63,837 bases of DNA, filler included, from Octopus bimaculoides (GCF_001194135.2; 8 parts of 6 records of this genome joined end to end with filler, not necessarily neighbours in it); one strand, 5' to 3'; counted from the whole stretch's first letter, positions 39,009-54,089 are shown. Made by a program: numbers and translations. The notes: generated from the sequence alone by a model not told the origin.

Positions 39009-42000
39009 ATATATATACATGTACATATGTGTATATATATGTATATACATATATACATCTATATATACATCTATACATATATATGTATATATGTATTTAT
39101 ATTAATATGTGAAGTAAAGTATTGATAATGCCTGATCAATATTACGTTAATAGTTGCTATTTGCTATCACAATTATTTGCTGGTCAGTGAATTTTCTGTA
39201 TGTGAAATCTATTTAATTTAAACCGGTCACTTGTATATGACAAATGAGTAGCATATTTCATACTAACATTATAATTTATTAAAAAGAAAGTAATTGATAT
39301 TCTGATTTATCGATATTTTCTATTGAACCATTTTAATGTGTGGATGTCATATCGACAAGAGTTTTGTCAATGCTAGCACATTTTCTTGGGCATGCATTCA
39401 AATTGTACCCAATATTAAAATTTTATTTTATATTTTCATTTCCAGAATTCTGGAAGAAAATGTAATTTGAGATGGAGAGAAGCGTCTGGAATAAAGTTAC
39501 ATTATCGATGATTACAATAAACTTTCAGAATTGTTTTACTTTTGAAATCTTTATCGTCGAGTAAATGTGACAAAGTTTACATAATCAAAAAAAAAAAAAA
39601 AATATTTATTGCAAGAAACAGATATATACTCAGAGAAAAAAAATAAAAGTTCATGATTGTTTTTAGTGAAAACAAATTCTCGCACTAATGCATACACAGT
39701 AAAGGGTGTGATAGGGAAAGTGAGACACATATAGAAATATAGAGACATATACGTAGATAAATAAATGGATACAGGAAAGTGAGAGGGGTTAATGGGAAAA
39801 CAAAAAATTACGAAAGTAACAAAAAAACCTTAGACGAAGAAACAAAGCAGGCAGGACAGTATGTGATGAAAAAGAAAGCGAGAAATCAAATATGTATTGC
39901 CAACTGTAGACTTAAATGTTTAACACTTTCGTGCTGTCACTAAAATACAAGTCTCACAAGTAGTTGTTTACAGTTTGATTTCGGAACCATCATTGAAACA
40001 AAATATTATAGAAAATCAAAAAAGTGATTTGAAGTTACTTTTTCTTGTTCAACGAAAGCACAATTATTAGATTTACTTAAAAACGTTGATAAAAATCTTC
40101 CAAATTATTTATTCCTGATATCATTACCTTGGAAGTTCCAACTCCGAAGTATCTTGAATGTACCAATTGCAATATCAATAAATAGAAATTTTAAGAACTT
40201 CGTATGCAGTAAACAAAGGGAAAAAAAGTAAATACTATTATTACATAATAATAGTAATAATCATAATCATAATAATAATCAATATTATTTCTCACATAGG
40301 ACCAAGACTTAGAATTTAGAATAAGGGAATAGTTAATCATATCGACTGAATACAAGACTGGGACTTAGTGACAGATAATAATATTAGCAGCATTTTAGAT
40401 CATTATTAACTTTAGTTTCTCCTTAAAAATTGAACGTAAAATATAATTTGAATATGGGTAGTATCCATGATTGAGACTTTTCGTTCAAGAACTGAAGATA
40501 TATTTTCAGAAACTTTTATGAAATGGAACATATACTTTAAAATAAAAATTACCAAAATTAGTAAACTGTCGTACTTTTTGTCATACTTAGAGACATTAAT
40601 AAATACGATAAGATGCTTTACTCTTTTTGTTAGATTTTATGATTTAAAATATTGAGAAATCCCACGGTTAAATAATTGATAATTTTGTGTTTAATTTAGA
40701 AATATATTCAACTAATTCTCTTCTATTTGTAATTCAATCTGCAGCCGAGGTTAGCAGAAAATTTGACGACTTCTATGAAGAGCATATATATTCAAACCTA
40801 CTGTTGCTCTGCCAAAATGCATATTACTTTTAAAATCTAGGCGTATGAAGGCTTCACTTGAGGGCTTCAGTTTTATTGCATCCATATTTTGTAATATCAA
40901 TTTTTGTAGACATTTACTGTCATAAAAATACTATTAAAACACTAAAGAAATCTAGTAATATCAAGTAAATTTAGATATAATGTTTTCATTTCTGAAAGGT
41001 CTACGAGAATGAAACTATTTCGTCTCGAATAGAAGAAAATAATTTGACAGCTCATATTACTGTGATAGATTACAACGAATCATTAATCCTGAGATACAGA
41101 AAGAAACAGAAAGAAAAATATCTCTAAAGCAATATCACTCACCCAATTATATTTCTGAATACTATTTCATATTCATTTCTTTTTTTAAAAAAATTACTGA
41201 AAGGATTATCATTATTTTTGAAACTATTTTAGGAAAAATACGAAACGTTGATAATAGTTTGTGACAAATTGTCACTAAATTCAATATGTATTCTTTATAA
41301 TAAGAAAATAAGAAAACCTAACGTTTAATAATGCTGATTCAAGTGTTGGGTGCCTAAGAATCTAAATCTAATACGAAATGCAGAGAAAATACCCGACTTA
41401 GTAAAGTGTCTACAATTGTTAAGTGTGGTTCTGGTTTGGTACTGCTAATTAAAAAAAAACAGCATAATTCTTAATGTGAGCCTATAGAATATTGGTTTTG
41501 ATTTTGATTTTAATCAGGAAAAAACGAATATTAATATTGATTTCATGATATCGGAAAAATCATTTTTTACAAACTTTCGTCAAATGATATGTTGGAATAT
41601 GTAATTTGGAAGATTGTTTATATTTCTATGAACTCTTTGAAAAATGTGAATACATATAAAAGCTTATGTAGACATGTTTGGATATAAACATTTACAAGTA
41701 CATAAACATTATATATTTCTTACCTCAAAATGATTTGAGGTGACAAGAATATGTCGCTGCCAGAGAAAGTGTTATCCTATACGTGTGAAAATTTTTGACA
41801 ATAGTATGTGAAAAATATTTCTAAAATGAAACAAAAAACATCAGCACTTCTATTAATAAGTGATGATGATTTTTTGTTTCTTATAGGATATATTTCAGAG
41901 GAATGTGTTTTACATTGTAAATATCTGCAAAATATCCTCAAAAATTGTTGAATGATATTTTGAGGATTATGAACTCAATTCTTACATATGCATGAGTCTA

Positions 42001-43149
42001 AGAGCGAGAAAATAGTGATAAAGAGATGAAGAAATGAAAGAAGTATAAGAAAGAAGAAAATAAAAAATAAGAGAAAATTAAAATATGTATTTATAAAGAG
42101 AAAATAGTATTCATTTCATAATTGCATCATTATATTACGAAGCTAATGATATTTTAAATAATAAAACATTTCTATCTTTGAAAATCAACGGTTTTATTTT
42201 GTAAATAAAATTTGTTAGTTTAGAAATACGAGCTAAAGTGTCTTATGTATTATTTTACCAAATATCGTTAATGTATATATATATATATNNNNNNNNNNNN
42301 NNNNNNNNNNNNNNNNNNNNNNNNNNNNNNNNNNNNNNNNNNNNNNNNNNNNNNNNNNNNNNNNNNNNNNNNNNNNNNNNNNNNNNNNNNNNNNNNNNNN
42401 NNNNNNNNNNNNNNNNNNNNNNNNNNNNNNNNNNNNNNNNNNNNNNNNNNNNNNNNNNNNNNNNNNNNNNNNNNNNNNNNNNNNNNNNNNNNNNNNNNNN
42501 NNNNNNNNNNNNNNNNNNNNNNNNNNNNNNNNNNNNNNNNNNNNNNNNNNNNNNNNNNNNNNNNNNNNNNNNNNNNNNNNNNNNNNNNNNNNNNNNNNNN
42601 NNNNNNNNNNNNNNNNNNNNNNNNNNNNNNNNNNNNNNNNNNNNNNNNNNNNNNNNNNNNNNNNNNNNNNNNNNNNNNNNNNNNNNNNNNNNNNNNNNNN
42701 NNNNNNNNNNNNNNNNNNNNNNNNNNNNNNNNNNNNNNNNNNNNNNNNNNNNNNNNNNNNNNNNNNNNNNNNNNNNNNNNNNNNNNNNNNNNNNNNNNNN
42801 NNNNNNNNNNNNNNNNNNNNNNNNNNNNNNNNNNNNNNNNNNNNNNNNNNNNNNNNNNNNNNNNNNNNNNNNNNNNNNNNNNNNNNNNNNNNNNNNNNNN
42901 NNNNNNNNNNNNNNNNNNNNNNNNNNNNNNNNNNNNNNNNNNNNNNNNNNNNNNNNNNNNNNNNNNNNNNNNNNNNNNNNNNNNNNNNNNNNNNNNNNNN
43001 NNNNNNNNNNNNNNNNNNNNNNNNNNNNNNNNNNNNNNNNNNNNNNNNNNNNNNNNNNNNNNNNNNNNNNNNNNNNNNNNNNNNNNNNNNNNNNNNNNNN
43101 NNNNNNNNNNNNNNNNNNNNNNNNNNNNNNNNNNNNNNNNNNNNNNNNN

Positions 43150-43182
<33 letters not shown>

Positions 43183-43327
43183 CACACACACTATATATAT
43201 GCATGTATGTGTATATACATTTGTGTGTAAGTGCGCATGTGCATGTGTACAGGTGAGTGTGCATGTGTGCGTGCGTGCTTGTGTGAACTCCAAGAAGTGT
43301 TTACTAATGCAGGCATTTATATTCACG

Positions 43328-43359
<32 letters not shown>

Positions 43360-43972
43360 TATGTATATATATTTATATACATATGCATGTTATGTCTGTA
43401 TGTGTGCCTATGACTTGGGATTATGTTAAGCTTTCATTTCCTTGGGGTACATGAAAAATATCATAAATTCTTCTGTGATAGTATTTTGTCACATATTTAT
43501 ACATCGTTTGCTTCCTTGTAAAGAAATAAGAAATTGCTCAGTGTATACTGAGGTATTTCTAATTGCAATAACAATCATTTTAAAGTTTTCTGAAAAAAAG
43601 TTTTCCTAGCACCGGATGAAGGAGTCCAAAGGGCAACGCACTTGCCCTACCGGCCAACTCAACCGACCGAAAATACCTGTTTCAAGTCAACAATGGAGTA
43701 TGACTGATCTCAAACACCGTTTCGAAGTTCAAAAAAATAGTAATAAATTAAAGAAGATGCTCAGTTAGGTTTATTGTAAAGCAGTAATATTTGTTCAATT
43801 GGCAAAAAGCTATACATACATGCGTACCTATATACATACTTGCATACATACATACATACACAGATACGTACATACACCCATGCATACATATATACATAAA
43901 CATGTCTATATATGTATATATATATATATATACATACATAGATTCAAATATACATATATACATAAATGCGTA

Positions 43973-44011
<39 letters not shown>

Positions 44012-44832
44012 NNNNNNNNNNNNNNNNNNNNNNNNNNNNNNNNNNNNNNNNNNNNNNNNNNNNNNNNNNNNNNNNNNNNNNNNNNNNNNNNNNNNNNNNN
44101 NNNNNNNNNNNNNNNNNNNNNNNNNNNNNNNNNNNNNNNNNNNNNNNNNNNNNNNNNNNNNNNNNNNNNNNNNNNNNNNNNNNNNNNNNNNNNNNNNNNN
44201 NNNNNNNNNNNNNNNNNNNNNNNNNNNNNNNNNNNNNNNNNNNNNNNNNNNNNNNNNNNNNNNNNNNNNNNNNNNNNNNNNNNNNNNNNNNNNNNNNNNN
44301 NNNNNNNNNNNNNNNNNNNNNNNNNNNNNNNNNNNNNNNNNNNNNNNNNNNNNNNNNNNNNNNNNNNNNNNNNNNNNNNNNNNNNNNNNNNNNNNNNNNN
44401 NNNNNNNNNNNNNNNNNNNNNNNNNNNNNNNNNNNNNNNNNNNNNNNNNNNNNNNNNNNNNNNNNNNNNNNNNNNNNNNNNNNNNNNNNNNNNNNNNNNN
44501 NNNNNNNNNNNNNNNNNNNNNNNNNNNNNNNNNNNNNNNNNNNNNNNNNNNNNNNNNNNNNNNNNNNNNNNNNNNNNNNNNNNNNNNNNNNNNNNNNNNN
44601 NNNNNNNNNNNNNNNNNNNNNNNNNNNNNNNNNNNNNNNNNNNNNNNNNNNNNNNNNNNNNNNNNNNNNNNNNNNNNNNNNNNNNNNNNNNNNNNNNNNN
44701 NNNNNNNNNNNNNNNNNNNNNNNNNNNNNNNNNNNNNNNNNTAAAACAGCTTGATTTGGCCCCAAGTTTCGTAGTATTCTTACAAAAAGCTACGAAACTT
44801 TAAGTCGTACGGGACCGAATGAAACTGTTTTA

Positions 44833-44887
<55 letters not shown>

Positions 44888-44940
44888 GTAATAGTAATAA
44901 TAATAATAATAATAATATTAATAATAATAATGATAATAAC

Positions 44941-44992
<52 letters not shown>

Positions 44993-45365
44993 TATGCACT
45001 CAAACACGCAAGGAAGGAGGAGTTATTATTTGGCTATTTAAATATATCCATGAATGGGCAATGTGACTATAGCGTTATTCAACTTTGAAAGAAGTTTTAT
45101 CGTCGCCATGACGTTTTTTCCCAAAAGCATTAAAACCATAAATGAAGCATTTGTGACTGGTTTGCAGGGATTTTATCATCATTTTGAGGCTCGCATCATT
45201 AACAAGAACAGGAATAAGGAGAAAAATTACTATAAAATAGCGTAAAAATAAAATAAAAATAAGACACAATGATAATATCAACAATAACAACAACAACAAC
45301 AATAATATAATAATAACATAATAATTTTCTAATGATAATGATTTCTTTCATTAGTCACAAGGGCT

Positions 45366-45449
<84 letters not shown>

Positions 45450-45597
45450 GAAAACAATAACATTCACAATTGTATTACCAGCAGCAAGAACTGCAACAAC
45501 AACAGTAATTACAATGACAATGAAACATGAGCAACAGTAACAATTATAACAACTAGAGAAACAGCAACTATAAACGTATTAGTAGTTATGCTACTAG

Positions 45598-45637
<40 letters not shown>

Positions 45638-45660
45638 AATAATATTAATAATAATAATAA

Positions 45661-45700
<40 letters not shown>
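44833..45700. repeat. Cluster of (AAT)n, (AAC)n and (AGT)n microsatellites
   Basis: Arrays at about 44833-44990, 45370-45448 and 45600-45700. Confidence 0.93.
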
Positions 45701-45701
<1 letters not shown>

Positions 45702-45888
45702 ATCATAATAGTAAATATTATTATTAACGTTATTGTTACTATTATTATTTTGGTTTCCTTGTTAATCAAATGGGCCTTAAATAATTTAAAAAAACAAAAA
45801 CTAGCAAAGTTAGCAATAGTTTGGTAATTTTCCTATCAACCCCATGATATATATATATACCATACATTACCATACATTATATATATAC

Positions 45889-45924
<36 letters not shown>

Positions 45925-46215
45925 CTTATATATATATATATGTAATGTTATGTCTGCTCCATGTCTTTCTCTTACGCCAACATTAGTTTTAATTCCTTGA
46001 ATAATCTCGGGCAGTAATTATAAGAAAGCTGGAAACAAATCTCGCACGGTTGCAGCCATATTGTTTGCCACCAATAAAATGTCACACAATTTGGTTTTCT
46101 TACAATATGTACATTCAAATAACAATGCAAATTATCACAATTTCTTCACTTTTATGTATATATACATATACATACACATACATACAATACATACATGCAT
46201 ACATACATATATATA

Positions 46216-46265
<50 letters not shown>

Positions 46266-48037
46266 TGTATATATAATTCTGCATACATATCTTCCTTGTT
46301 TTATATCAATACTCATTGTATAATGTAACTTTTTCTCATTTAGAAAAGTTTGGTGTATTTCTTGTTATCACTTTAGATAAGAATTATGGTAATGCAAAAT
46401 TACAAAACATTTCAGAAAGTAAGGTATCATTTAGAATTGTAATACAGGTATGTTACTTTGTAGTGTACTTGTTATCACTAAACTTTCGAATTTAGAAACC
46501 GAAATGTAGTATTAAGCATCACCATATACATATGTTTGTGTTAAAAAAAATTAAAACATAACATCATATATATAGTTTAAACATTATCAGATTCCTGAAT
46601 TATAATAAATAATTGCTATATCATTATTTATTACAATTTCCAGAGTCTATAAAGAAAAGGAAAAAAAAAAAAAAAAAAGTAGGTGTAAATATAAGATAAA
46701 AGAAAATGAAAATGTTATTTTCACTTCCTTTGCTTCTTGTGTGAACCCTTGTTACTTTTGGCACTCGAATTATATGCCTGAAGTTTCCATCATAATGAGG
46801 GAACTTTAAACTTGGTGTGCTGATAATAAATGTGGGGATGCAATACTCATTGCTTTGGAAAATAAAGGCAACGTTAGGTTAAGTATTTTTATATATATGT
46901 GTGTGTATATATAAAAGAAAACCTTCTGCTCTTAGCTACACTCTAAAACACATTGTTTACGTGTAGCTAAAGCATTTTCTGGAAATTGTATATAAAATAT
47001 TCACGATACTGTCTATTCATTCAATAATCCAAAATATAATATCGAATGAGAACGTCAAGAAGAGTCATTATTTTATATTTTGATTTTTAAAATAAATTCT
47101 TAAAATATTCTTAAAATTTCTTAAAATATTCAAGCATTTCAGATATTATATGTCTTTTTTTTTGTCATACGTTTTATGGAAACAGCTTTGTAAAAATCAA
47201 AAGACAATACACACTTTACTCTCATCCGCTAAAAGTCTTTTGTTTTTCATTTATGCCCTCTCTCGTTTAATCAATGGTTTTAATGTTATATAAATTTATA
47301 TCAGTTCATATGAGAGTTTGTACAGAAGAAAATATAAAAAAAAGAAGAAAGAGTAGTAATTGGTGAATTATCGAATTCATATTTCACAGGTAATTTTCGG
47401 TCGGTTATAGAGGTTGCTAGCAGCCGACACATAGTTCTCCCCCATTACGTCTGACACAATTGACATCAACAGATTTTTTTTCGTATTTTTTAACATAGTG
47501 TAAAAAAAATATTTTCATTTCATGAATCTTTACCATTAAGATATGTTTTTGTTTTATAAAGCAATAAGAAAAGCAGTCAATATACATTACTATTATATGG
47601 TGTAATTACTATATAATATAAACTAATAATAACAATAGCAAATAGAATATGCGTTACAAAACTTATACACATTACTTTGAAGGGCGCGCAAAGTTTTATA
47701 AATCGTTTAGTTGCCGCATCTGCTGCGACCCAATTCTCACAAAGTGCATATTTAGTAATTTGTAAATTATTAACTCTTTGATAACATATCCAAAAAACAA
47801 GCATGAAGAATGGGTCATGTAAATTTGGAAAGCAATTGGACAAATTCCATAATCAGGTTATTCAATTGTTGAATACAAAATATAAATAGAAAAATTGAAG
47901 TTGCCCTTTCTTCATAAATCATGTATATTCATCGAAAATTTATCATCTTCATTTAATGCTTAGCGTTTACTACTACTTTTGTTGCTGCCGCTGCTATTGC
48001 TTTTGATAGTAATAATAATGATAATGATGATGGTGAC

Positions 48038-48105
<68 letters not shown>

Positions 48106-48884
48106 TAATATCGAACATTGTTGTTGATCTCGAGAAGCCTGTTAACCTTGAACAATGTTTTCCAAGATGTACTTATTGTTTTATGAAAGGAAACCCGCAA
48201 AGTATATTCCTAAAACTACAAATAATAAAGACAATAGTAACATTTCTTAAGTTTAGTGGTATCCTCAAATACGTTACTTTCTATTAAGCTTAAAATAGAG
48301 TTAGGAGAATATTAGCAAAAAGAAGAAATTTTTACTTCTGTACTACTATACACACGTTCACTTTGTAAAATTGAATAAATGAAGTTTATAGGAAACATAC
48401 TAAGCGCGTTGAGAGAAGCTAACATGGGAGTGCCTTTACATTTATTGAATAGTGGCTTAATGGCATACATATATGTTAGTGAACCAACTTGTTTGTGCAC
48501 TGTCAAATCCAAATTTGGCATAGACTTCGAAAGTAGTTATTCGGGATTATAATTCTCGAAAAAACTACTAAATCTTGGATTTTGGACTTGGATGTCTAAC
48601 GCACAATGGAATTGACTATTGGAGGTTTTGATCAAAGATTAAATTGAAATAGTCAATAAATAAATTCAGATTTTGCACTCAATGTTAATGAAATTGTATA
48701 GAAATAACATTAAGTATAGAATTCTTATAAAGAACATATTATCACCCCGTATACGAACATATATAGTATTTACATCACTTTTCAAAATACATGTGTACAT
48801 ACAAACATACACACTTACATGTTTAGGTTTGTAATAGTAAACGGAAAAAATTGAATTCAGCACATAAATCAGGGGTTACACACA

Positions 48885-48934
<50 letters not shown>

Positions 48935-51119
48935 NNNNNNNNNNNNNNNNNNNNNNNNNNNNNNNNNNNNNNNNNNNNNNNNNNNNNNNNNNNNNNNNNN
49001 NNNNNNNNNNNNNNNNNNNNNNNNNNNNNNNNNNNNNNNNNNNNNNNNNNNNNNNNNNNNNNNNNNNNNNNNNNNNNNNNNNNNNNNNNNNNNNNNNNNN
49101 NNNNNNNNNNNNNNNNNNNNNNNNNNNNNNNNNNNNNNNNNNNNNNNNNNNNNNNNNNNNNNNNNNNNNNNNNNNNNNNNNNNNNNNNNNNNNNNNNNNN
49201 NNNNNNNNNNNNNNNNNNNNNNNNNNNNNNNNNNNNNNNNNNNNNNNNNNNNNNNNNNNNNNNNNNNNNNNNNNNNNNNNNNNNNNNNNNNNNNNNNNNN
49301 NNNNNNNNNNNNNNNNNNNNNNNNNNNNNNNNNNNNNNNNNNNNNNNNNNNNNNNNNNNNNNNNNNNNNNNNNNNNNNNNNNNNNNNNNNNNNNNNNNNN
49401 NNNNNNNNNNNNNNNNNNNNNNNNNNNNNNNNNNNNNNNNNNNNNNNNNNNNNNNNNNNNNNNNNNNNNNNNNNNNNNNNNNNNNNNNNNNNNNNNNNNN
49501 NNNNNNNNNNNNNNNNNNNNNNNNNNNNNNNNNNNNNNNNNNNNNNNNNNNNNNNNNNNNNNNNNNNNNNNNNNNNNNNNNNNNNNNNNNNNNNNNNNNN
49601 NNNNNNNNNNNNNNNNNNNNNNNNNNNNNNNNNNNNNNNNNNNNNNNNNNNNNNNNNNNNNNNNNNNNNNNNNNNNNNNNNNNNNNNNNNNNNNNNNNNN
49701 NNNNNNNNNNNNNNNNNNNNNNNNNNNNNNNNNNNNNNNNNNNNNNNNNNNNNNNNNNNNNNNNNNNNNNNNNNNNNNNNNNNNNNNNNNNNNNNNNNNN
49801 NNNNNNNNNNNNNNNNNNNNNNNNNNNNNNNNNNNNNNNNNNNNNNNTATATATGCATCATCTTTTTACACCAGGGCCGTATGACTGTTTGAAAATAATT
49901 CTATTGTCTTAATTGCTAAGTATTAAAATCTCTCATGGGACATTTTTCTCAAAGAACAGAATGCTCAGTGGTTGTCTATCTTTACATTTCGAATCATCAA
50001 TTAAAATTTTTTCATAACACAAATTAAAGCATGCATACTACTATGTTTTTATCTTTCTATCGTTTGGGTGGGCATATATATAGAGACGAGTGACTAACAT
50101 ATTGGACAACCAGCTCAATCTCATTAATGTAAATTTGTTAAGGCACTCTGTTCTCTTTATGCCATGTACATAATTCAATATGCCTCGCTTCACCTATTTA
50201 TGCATTATAAAGTTTTAGGTTTCGCCGCAAACAAGTCGTTAACTTCATATTCAGAATTGTGTATACATCCGTCACTTGACGTTCTAGAATGAAGACTACA
50301 TATTGCTTTCATAAGAATATTTGGTCCATGAAAATATTTTATTTCAATCTAGAATATGTATAAAATATTTTTTGCCTTGTCGATAAGTAGTATCAATTTT
50401 CATGATATAAAAATATGAGGTCAAACTAATCGTTATGAGCTAAACCTTCTTCAGTCTATTATAAAATCAATATTTAATGTACCCTACAGTTAAGTTACAA
50501 TAAATAAAGAGATATTTATATTCTAATAGCAAGAATCTCTTAGTAACAACACCCACCCTGATAATAAGGAAAACTTAAAACATTCATTGTCTAATATATA
50601 AAAAAATTAACGATCAAGTTTTTGTTTTATTAAATAGATAACTGCACATGCAGAGAATAACGTATTATCATACAACGGGTTAAAAGGGGTTAAGATAATG
50701 GAACGGAATAAATTTCGCTAAAAGAATATATTGTAAAAGAAAATAAAAATTTTTGTAAGCAAAATATGGAAATTATATTTCTTTCCATTTATATACTTTG
50801 ATACCAGAAGGTTTTCACAAAATGTAGTGTTGCTACGCCTCAAAAAAAAAAAAAAAAAAAAAAAAAAGAAAAAAAGAAGCCTACTTTTAAGTGCTAACGG
50901 TATATCAAGGAAAACCAAGGTGGGTGAATGCTGGAAAATATGTAAATTCACTTTATAAAGATGTGCATACGAATGTGCGATATCGCAGTGGCACACGCAC
51001 ACACACATATCTGTAAATAATTACACTCACACATATTATGCTTACATCTGTACACACACACATTCACATATACACACATATATATCTATGTGTGTATATA
51101 TTTCCTTGTATAACAATTG

Positions 51120-51332
51120 CTTCTTTTTGAGTATGCACAAGGCCAAACGTCAGAGTTGAGTGACGCAGTCAATCGAATCCTCCCAGAGTATTACTGGTAC
51201 TTCTTTTATCAATCTTGGAGGGATGAAAGGCAAATTCGACACCTGCGAGATTTGAACTCAAACACAGAAGGACGAAATCAAATACTCTAAGGCATTTTGT
51301 TCGATGTCGTATCATTTCGGCCAACTCACCGT
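51120..51332 (-). mobile_element. SINE family B, diverged
   Basis: GATGAAAGGCAAATTCGAC..GATTTGAACTC..GCCAACTCACCG. Confidence 0.8.
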
Positions 51333-51876
51333 TTTCCTTCTGCTCTTAAGAAAAATAACAACAACAAAAACAGCAACAATAACAACAACAACAATGATGA
51401 TGATGTAAATGATTTCATACAGAAAAGTGAAACTATAAGCATGGAGAGCTCAGTTTCACTAAGGGACGTAATCAATAGCTCAAACAGTAACTTAACAAAG
51501 AACAGTAGATCTCGTCTGAAAGAAAATTACAGGGTAAATATCTTTAAAATTCATAAAATCTGTAACAATAACAACAGCAACAACATTCTTCTAATTCCTA
51601 AACTCTTTTGGTTCCAATATCTTCAGCTTGTTCTTTGTATTCACACTTTTTTCTATTTTTCTCATATTCTCCACTCTGTTTATATTTGTTTTTCTTTGAT
51701 TTTTTTATTTATTTTTCGGAATTATTATCAATACGTTTAGTATTATCATCATTATAAATTATTATATTATAAAAAACAAATATTTTAGCGATACAGCTGT
51801 TATAAATATACACCATAAGCAATATTAAAGTAATAAGTATATTATGAAACGAAAATCAATTTTAGATAAGTTTTGA

Positions 51877-52075
51877 TTATTGTTTATGGAATGTGTGTAA
51901 TTCTCCTTCACTGGGAGACCGAATAGTCCTGACACCTTTCTGTCGCGCCGGTTTTTCCATTCGGGGGCCACTGTGTACCATTTCACATTCACGCCCCACT
52001 GTTGGCTTGTGTCCAAGAATTTCAAGAATGGCATCCACTGTATTGCATAATTCATTTTCAAAATTATGCATTCGC
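51877..52075 (-). CDS. Terminal coding exon of a minus-strand host gene; C-terminal coiled coil resembling the KCNH (EAG/ERG) K+ channel tetramerisation coil
   Basis: Strong acceptor tttttttttctttccaattacag|G. The phase-2 frame reads RMHNFENELCNTVDAILEILGHKPTVGRECEMVHSGPRMEKPARQKGVRTIRSPSEGELHTFHKQ*. Third codon positions are A/T-rich, and the stop falls at the switch to AT-rich UTR-like sequence. The heptad pattern aligns by eye with ERG LNRLETRLSADMATVLQLL. Family identity is not verified by search. Confidence 0.62.
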
Positions 52076-53372
52076 CTGTAATTGGAAAGAAAAAAAAAGG
52101 CACAAATGTAGATTTAAAAATACTTTTTGCTATACATGTTTGGAAAAGTATTTAATTTAAAATGCACTGTTGGAATGTAACATTGGCAATTAATTAAAAA
52201 TATAATATAACTGGTGACTGTACAAATTGTACATGTTCAGATGGTAACTTTTTTATGAAATACCCCAAAAATATATCATGAAATGTGGTTGAAATATTGA
52301 ATATACTGAATAAGCAAATAAAAAAGTACTGCTAATGACCCAAAAAGCTCTCTATAGTTTTAAAATATAGTACCCCCTTGTATATGTCTGTACTAAAACA
52401 TAGTGTCAAAAAAGCAATACCCTATACATGTTTGCACTAGAAATATAATACTAAAAATAGTACCACAGACACATATTTGATTTCTTCCCTCAAATTGTAT
52501 GCAGTTGTATGAGATATAAGCAATGAAAATGCACACAAATGTTTGCAAATGCGCTACAAGTTAATGGACACCAACCCATATTTCTTTTCTTGCTTTTGCG
52601 ACCCGTTCACCGACACACAATCCCACTGGATAATTTTAAAATTAGTTATTGGTCAGATTTTATAAGCCTCACAGATTTTGTTTGTTTAATTTAAAAGCAC
52701 TTTTTCTAAAAACAGTTTTTTCACAAAAAGATTAAATACTACAAGTTATTAATAGCGTAATATGATACTATATTTGAAGCATAATTTGAGTCAATAATCG
52801 CAGTTCAACACAAATCAGAATTCCAACTTCTTCAAAGCACAAACAGACAGAGGAACTTTTGTTGTGGTGATCTGGTTATCACAAGTGCCTGTGAAATTGA
52901 AATAACGACACTTTCGTAGTTTGAAAGCATAGGAGTAGAACAGACGGGAGCAATCACGAGTCTTGTCTCTTTGGTGGCTGCATCTTCCATTGTTGTGGTC
53001 TATGAGGGAGGGAGTCTTGATCATCTTTGAAACCAAAGAATGACATTCAAAAATGTACTTAAGATTATATTATCAAATGCAAGTTGGCATGATGCGATTT
53101 AGTGGTGATTTGGCTGTTATTTCTTGCAGATGAAGCGACTGTGTAGAGACTCCCGTGGGGCTCGTCATGTTTTTATTGTTATTGCTTTAGTTTCTTCACT
53201 CTAAGTTATGTATAATTAAGAAAACCTATGATCAAAATCATTCCAAGCTGCCATCATAATCTCTTTTTTTTCAGACTTAGAATATCTAGATCTACATTAT
53301 TGCATTTCTCCTTCCCTCTTTTAAAGCGTCAGAATTTTACATGAAGGAGATTAGATTTTGTTGTTATTTCTA

Positions 53373-53482
<110 letters not shown>

Positions 53483-53542
53483 CGACGAGATAGAGGCTTC
53501 CTCGTTGGCTGTTGGTTTCATAATTAAAAATTATTAAAAAAC

Positions 53543-53732
53543 AAGGCGTCTTGACAGAATCGCTAGAGCATCGGACAAAATAATTTGTTGGTATTTCACC
53601 GATTTTTCACTTTTTAAGCTCCATTCCCACAGGGGTTACCTTTTGTATTTCATCCCCCCGGAGCCGATATAATAAAGTACTAGTCAAGTACCGGTTGATG
53701 GTATCGACTAAACCCCACCCCTCAAGATTGCT
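53543..53732 (+). mobile_element. SINE family B, diverged
   Basis: AAGGCG..GACAGAATCGCTAGAGC head and GATATAATAAAGTACTAGTCAAGTAC core. Confidence 0.72.
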
Positions 53733-53880
53733 ATCACTGTGCCGAAATAAGTAACCGTTATTATCATATTTAACCGTCTGCATCCATCTATATGAGTTAT
53801 GTAAACATCTCAAAACACTAACGGTTGATGTTTATATGTTTTTCTTTAATTTAACTCATATTTTGAGCCAACGTCCGTAC

Positions 53881-53933
53881 CTTACCATAGTCGTTATTCC
53901 TTCTAAAATAGCGCTTAAATCTCCCCCATGTCT
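53881..53933 (-). CDS. Penultimate coding exon (53 nt) of the same gene
   Basis: Branch-like ACTAAT, acceptor tcctctctttaaaacgctgatcag| and donor AAG|GTACGG (phase 2). It encodes RHGGDLSAILEGITTMVR and joins in frame to the 52075 exon, extending the heptad repeat. Confidence 0.52.
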
Positions 53934-54089
53934 CTGATCAGCGTTTTAAAGAGAGGATACATTAGTTAATGCTAACCTAGATGCAACTATTAGGGAACGT
54001 AACAGAGGATGGTTTGGACATACTTTCAATGATTTCTACTGGATCAGAGAACATCTGACTCACTAATTATTGCCTATTCTTTTGTTGTT

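Noticed and set aside
39447-39558. Strong plus-strand acceptor with a short MERSVWNK frame
   Set aside because: No linked exon or recognisable product, and such signals are common by chance in AT-rich introns.
51825-52075. Second open frame GECIILKMN..MPFLKFLD..WYTVAP with a loose BRICHOS/gastrokine look
   Set aside because: The second conserved Cys is absent, third-position bias is poorer than in the chosen frame, and the tail runs into AT-rich UTR-like sequence. RNA or proteomic data could reverse this call.
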